DNA from: Cladosporium halotolerans
Taxonomy: Eukaryota
DNA: 64,000 nucleotides
Reading direction: 5' to 3'
Assembly (NCBI RefSeq): GCF_011745625.1
Contig: NW_027191452.1
Location: 1,302,001-1,366,000, forward strand
Below, in pieces: positions 60,157 to 64,000 of this stretch (its first letter is position 1; each line of letters starts with the position of its first letter). The translations under genes were made by a program, and so were the position numbers. The notes beneath the pieces were generated by a model. It was not told the origin of the DNA and ran no database searches. It saw nothing but the letters and a program-made list of their open reading frames with translations.

Positions 60157-63028
60157 ATGGCATCCTCGTGGAGCGGATACGGCCCTTCGGCCCCTCATCC
60201 CTCACAGCATCAGCCTTCACAGCAAAGCACCGAGTCTGGATCATCGAAGAAGAAACCGCAACCAAGACAACTGCTCTCCTGCACAAAATGTCGCGAGCGC
60301 AAAGTGAAGGTTCGTTCACACCGATTAATGTCTATTGCTACTGCAAGTCGTTGCTAACTTTGTCAAGTGTGATCGAACAGCGCCCTGCTCCGCCTGCTGC
60401 GCTCGGGGTCATCCTAGAGAATGTTTGTTCATCGTTGGCGAGGGCAACGACTACAATGCGATCAAACAGTCCTACGAGATCAGGAATTTGCGCCGTGATG
60501 TCGAGAGGCTTAGGCAGCAACTTGACGATGCTCACGCACGACGCTCTGTGGACGACAACGACGAAGATGATGGTCCGCCCGATCGATCGAATGCGAAGAC
60601 CGCTTCTCGCGCGAAAGCGGCTCGACAAAGACGATTGAGGACCAATGAGAGGGTAGATAACATCTACTTCGGCACACCGGGACTTGCGAACATCGTCTCT
60701 GACGTGCGTGCTGCTCTCTTCAATGGTTTAAATGACACGCTAACCGTTCTCGCAGTTTGCGAATCTCCAAGTTGGTACTCATTCATTGACCCACACTGTT
60801 CCTAAGGGCCAGGACATGTACCCTGCTGAAGGGACTGGCTATCCTTTCCCGATGATTCCAGTCGGCGACAATACGCCGGCGGCCTTGACGAGCCTATTAC
60901 CAAAAGATGAAGAGATCTATCAGCATCTCGATCTGTTCCAGCATTTTGCGCAGTCATGCTCGTTCCCACACGTGCCAGATGAGGTCACCAAAAAGGAAGT
61001 TGAGAGGTTTTTGGAACATAAGGAGGACAACGCCATGAAAGCGCCCGATATGCTTGGCTTGATGTTTGCAACACTGGCGGTCGGCATGCAGATTGGGATC
61101 TACGACCGAAACGGGTGTCAGTGGCTTGGGGCGCCCATGGAAAGCTCGCACAGGCAAAGCGAGTGCTACCGTACACCCACCCTACCAGAACCTCATCAAC
61201 GTCCATGACTAACAAGTGCATAGTCACTGCGAGCATGCAATGCCTTCGTCATGCATCGTTCATGAGCCAGCCGACCCTCCTTGGCATCCAGGCTCTTGTG
61301 ATGATGGGACCTTACTTGACCAACAGCGGACGGTTTCTCGATGCATGGACACTATTCGGGACAACCATAAGACTTGCTCACTCGATAGGCTTGCACCGGG
61401 ATCCAAAGTTGCTTGACCCAGTCCCACCTCTTCGCGAATGCATGATCCGGCGAACACTCTGGTGGTGGATGTTGCATATGGACCAACAATACTCAGTCAC
61501 GCTCGGTCGTCCGTTGGGGATATCTGGCATCGGTGATTGCCCACCACCTCAGCCCCTCACTACGAACTCGACCGTGCTCAGACTCGGCGAATTTGTCAAC
61601 CACTTCACTGTCGTCGCTCGGCAGATCTTGAGCAGCGACGGCTTGATGTCCGTCGGAAAGATCGACGAGTTCACAGACAAGCTGTTAGGCTTGTGGGATA
61701 CTATGCCGGAAACATTGCAGTTCAATGAAAGCTGGACTAGGCAGGAGACAATTCTGCCTGAATGGCCCCTGGATGTCATGTCGGCCAGTAAGTATACGCT
61801 GGGCTACGATGTTGAAGTAGTTTCGACTTGCTGACAGATGGAAGCTTTGTTCGCCAAAGTTCAGTCTTTTATCATACTACTCAATCGTCAGAGGGATGAG
61901 CGTACGATGCGGACTGCTTCATCGACTTCACCACCAGCGTATCCAAACACTCTTGCCGGGGTCACAAGCACAACATACAATGCTGCAATGGACGGAGACA
62001 GCCTTCTTCATCAGGCTCCGATACGCGGTCGGCCGCTCGTTATCAACAGCTCTATTCATTTGTTGCAAACATTCATCTTCTTCTATTACCAGCATCCAGC
62101 GGTTCTGATATGCTGGACACTCGGACAGCAAGCATTCAACGCCGCTATGATCATCATCCTTGACGCGTGGGAGACGGGCAACGACCAGAACATGTGGCTT
62201 GTGGATCAGGCGTTGGCTGTCTTCACTGATCTGCAATGCAACCGTGTCCACAAGCTGGCCGAGTTAGCAGTCACGCGTATTACCAACGGTATCGTCACGG
62301 TACGGGAACGCCAACAGAAAACTCAAGATGCCGCGGCCGCCGCAGCCGCTGCAGCCATGTCTCGTCGCTCAAGCCAGCAGCAACAACAACACCAGCAACG
62401 ACAGACCCAAAACATCAACCAGTCATCCCCACCTGTACCCGCGTACCCCCTGTATCAACCCAGCCTCGGACTCGAGAACCCCGGCTCATCCCTTGACTTC
62501 TCCGGCGACACCGTCATGGGTAATACGGGCATGTTTCTCCTAGAAGACCCAGGCTTACAGTCCACCAACCCAGCCACCCAGCACTTTGCACCTTGGAGCC
62601 TCTCCCTCCCAGCGTCAGCCGCTGGAAGCAGCCCTCATTCCTCCTCCGGCAGTCCCACCGCCCCACCCACCACAGGCTACTTTTCATCGCCCTCCGTCTC
62701 CGTCAGCAACGTCCCCATCGCCCCTTTTCCAGTAATGTCGCCCTCCTTCCAACCGACTATGGTGCCCATGCCCGCGAACCCCTTCGCCGTGGGCTTGCAG
62801 CCTCGCATGCCGACCGGCGCAAGAGCACAGCAGACCGCTGATCCTGCTCTCGCGGCCCAGCAACCGCAATTCCGACAACCGCAACTGCAAGCGCAGAGGC
62901 GACCCTCGCGCAATGACTTCTCGCCCTACGCCGCTCAAGCCGCTGCGCGCGGCAGCGTGAGCCAGGGGCAGGGACACCGCGTCGAGAGGCCTACTTCTGC
63001 GAGGAGCCGGAGTGGGCGGAATAGGTGA
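60157..63028 (+). CDS. Zn(II)2Cys6 transcription factor with fungal-specific TF domain; 5 exons
   Basis: CTKCRERKVK|CDRTAPCSACCARGHPREC across the first intron, AHSIGLHRDP, RRTLWW...DQQYSVTLGRP, and a Q/P/S-rich tail. Confidence 0.93.
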
Positions 63029-64000
63029 TCGAAGGGGTTTGGTTTGGCTGGCCGGCAATGACGTGCCTTGCGGCCCTCCGCACCGCGAATGAATGAGCCG
63101 CGTGACATTTGGGTGTTTCTATATTGTTTCATTTCAGAGCGCGCACATATACCCAATCAGCATGGTTTTCCGAGAGAGATTCCACGAAGAAAGAGGAGGA
63201 AAACGCAGCGAGCTTTGGGTTTTGGGTTGTCTTACTTTGCTCTCTTCTCATCGGACAGTGGACAGGAGGAGGATGGAGAGGGGTTCTGTTAGGAAGAGTA
63301 GAGTTTGGCTTTTTGGTCGTAGGCGGAGCTTCACAGCTATGAGTCGGAAAAAAGAAGAATGCTGTATCAGTATGGCAGGTTCTTGTACGCTATGAAACAT
63401 CACTATTTTGGACTCACGAACGGTTCCAAGCGCATCTGGCGGGATGTAATACGATTCTCTTGTGTTTTTTCGCAATTGGACCGAGACGAACGTTGCACTG
63501 GCACTCACAGTAAGGTGAAACGACGATTGAAAAGATAGGAGCCCAATGTCATTTCATGGTCTATGATAATCCCAAAGCAAAGCAAGACGCCTTCGTAATC
63601 GCTGACCGAATGTCTCCAATCCGTCGTAGGGGAATAATAAAGATGCCTGGGGTGTTATACGTGTGTGAAAGAAGAGACGCCCGCTGTCCAGAAAGTGAAA
63701 GTATCCAATGTGCCTTGTGCATGGTGAGAGGAAATTTGGGGGCTCCAAGTGACAACGCCATCTTACGCCAGTGTTCGTCATGAGGTTGAGGGAGAGAGCA
63801 GGAGGAGCCAGGACAGACAGTCGATTTGACGCGTTGGCGTCTGAACGAATAACCGGTACTAGCTCAGCCAGCGCCTCGCCAAAGGTATCGCGCAGCGTCG
63901 AAGACTGGGTCCTTTCAAAAGGATCAAGTCGCGTGCCTATCATTCGTTGAACACGTGCACCGGACAGCTGCCTCTCCCCTTGATGCCCCACCAGTCGCGA

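Overview
Eukaryotic, gene-dense window from a filamentous ascomycete. Short GT-AG introns with CTRAC branch points and the protein sequences suggest a Dothideomycete-like fungus, but that placement is inference. I can assemble 23 protein-coding genes by hand: TMEM115-like (partial), mitochondrial uL30, Sec6, ATP5/OSCP, an AAA ATPase, a secreted FAD/BBE oxidoreductase, a NUDT19-like Nudix hydrolase, Y14/RBM8A, a laccase-like multicopper oxidase, a GFA protein, an aldehyde dehydrogenase, a GPI-anchored Ser/Thr-rich wall protein, a GH5 exo-1,3-beta-glucanase, an aldo-keto reductase, Dom34/Pelota, RidA, a Myb-like protein, a PPxY orphan, an SCP-x-type thiolase, a TRP/FLC-like membrane protein, a 4-exon orphan, glutaminase A and Rib7, plus a Zn2Cys6 transcription factor (24 in all). 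I found no tRNA, rRNA, CRISPR array or transposase/reverse transcriptase. The most unusual observations are: (i) an orphan gene bracketed by two degenerate tandem arrays (about 109 bp and 72 bp units) that share a motif; (ii) interstitial telomeric CCCTAA repeats inside a possible stem; (iii) a laccase with a Cys-bracketed 60-aa insert carrying a Kex2 site, and a DSF C-terminus; (iv) recurrent C/A-rich to G/T-rich strand-skew switches that ignore gene boundaries; (v) three enzymes with dual-ATG mitochondrial presequences; (vi) a GC-AG intron, two microexons and a uORF. All calls come from reading the sequence; no database search was run.
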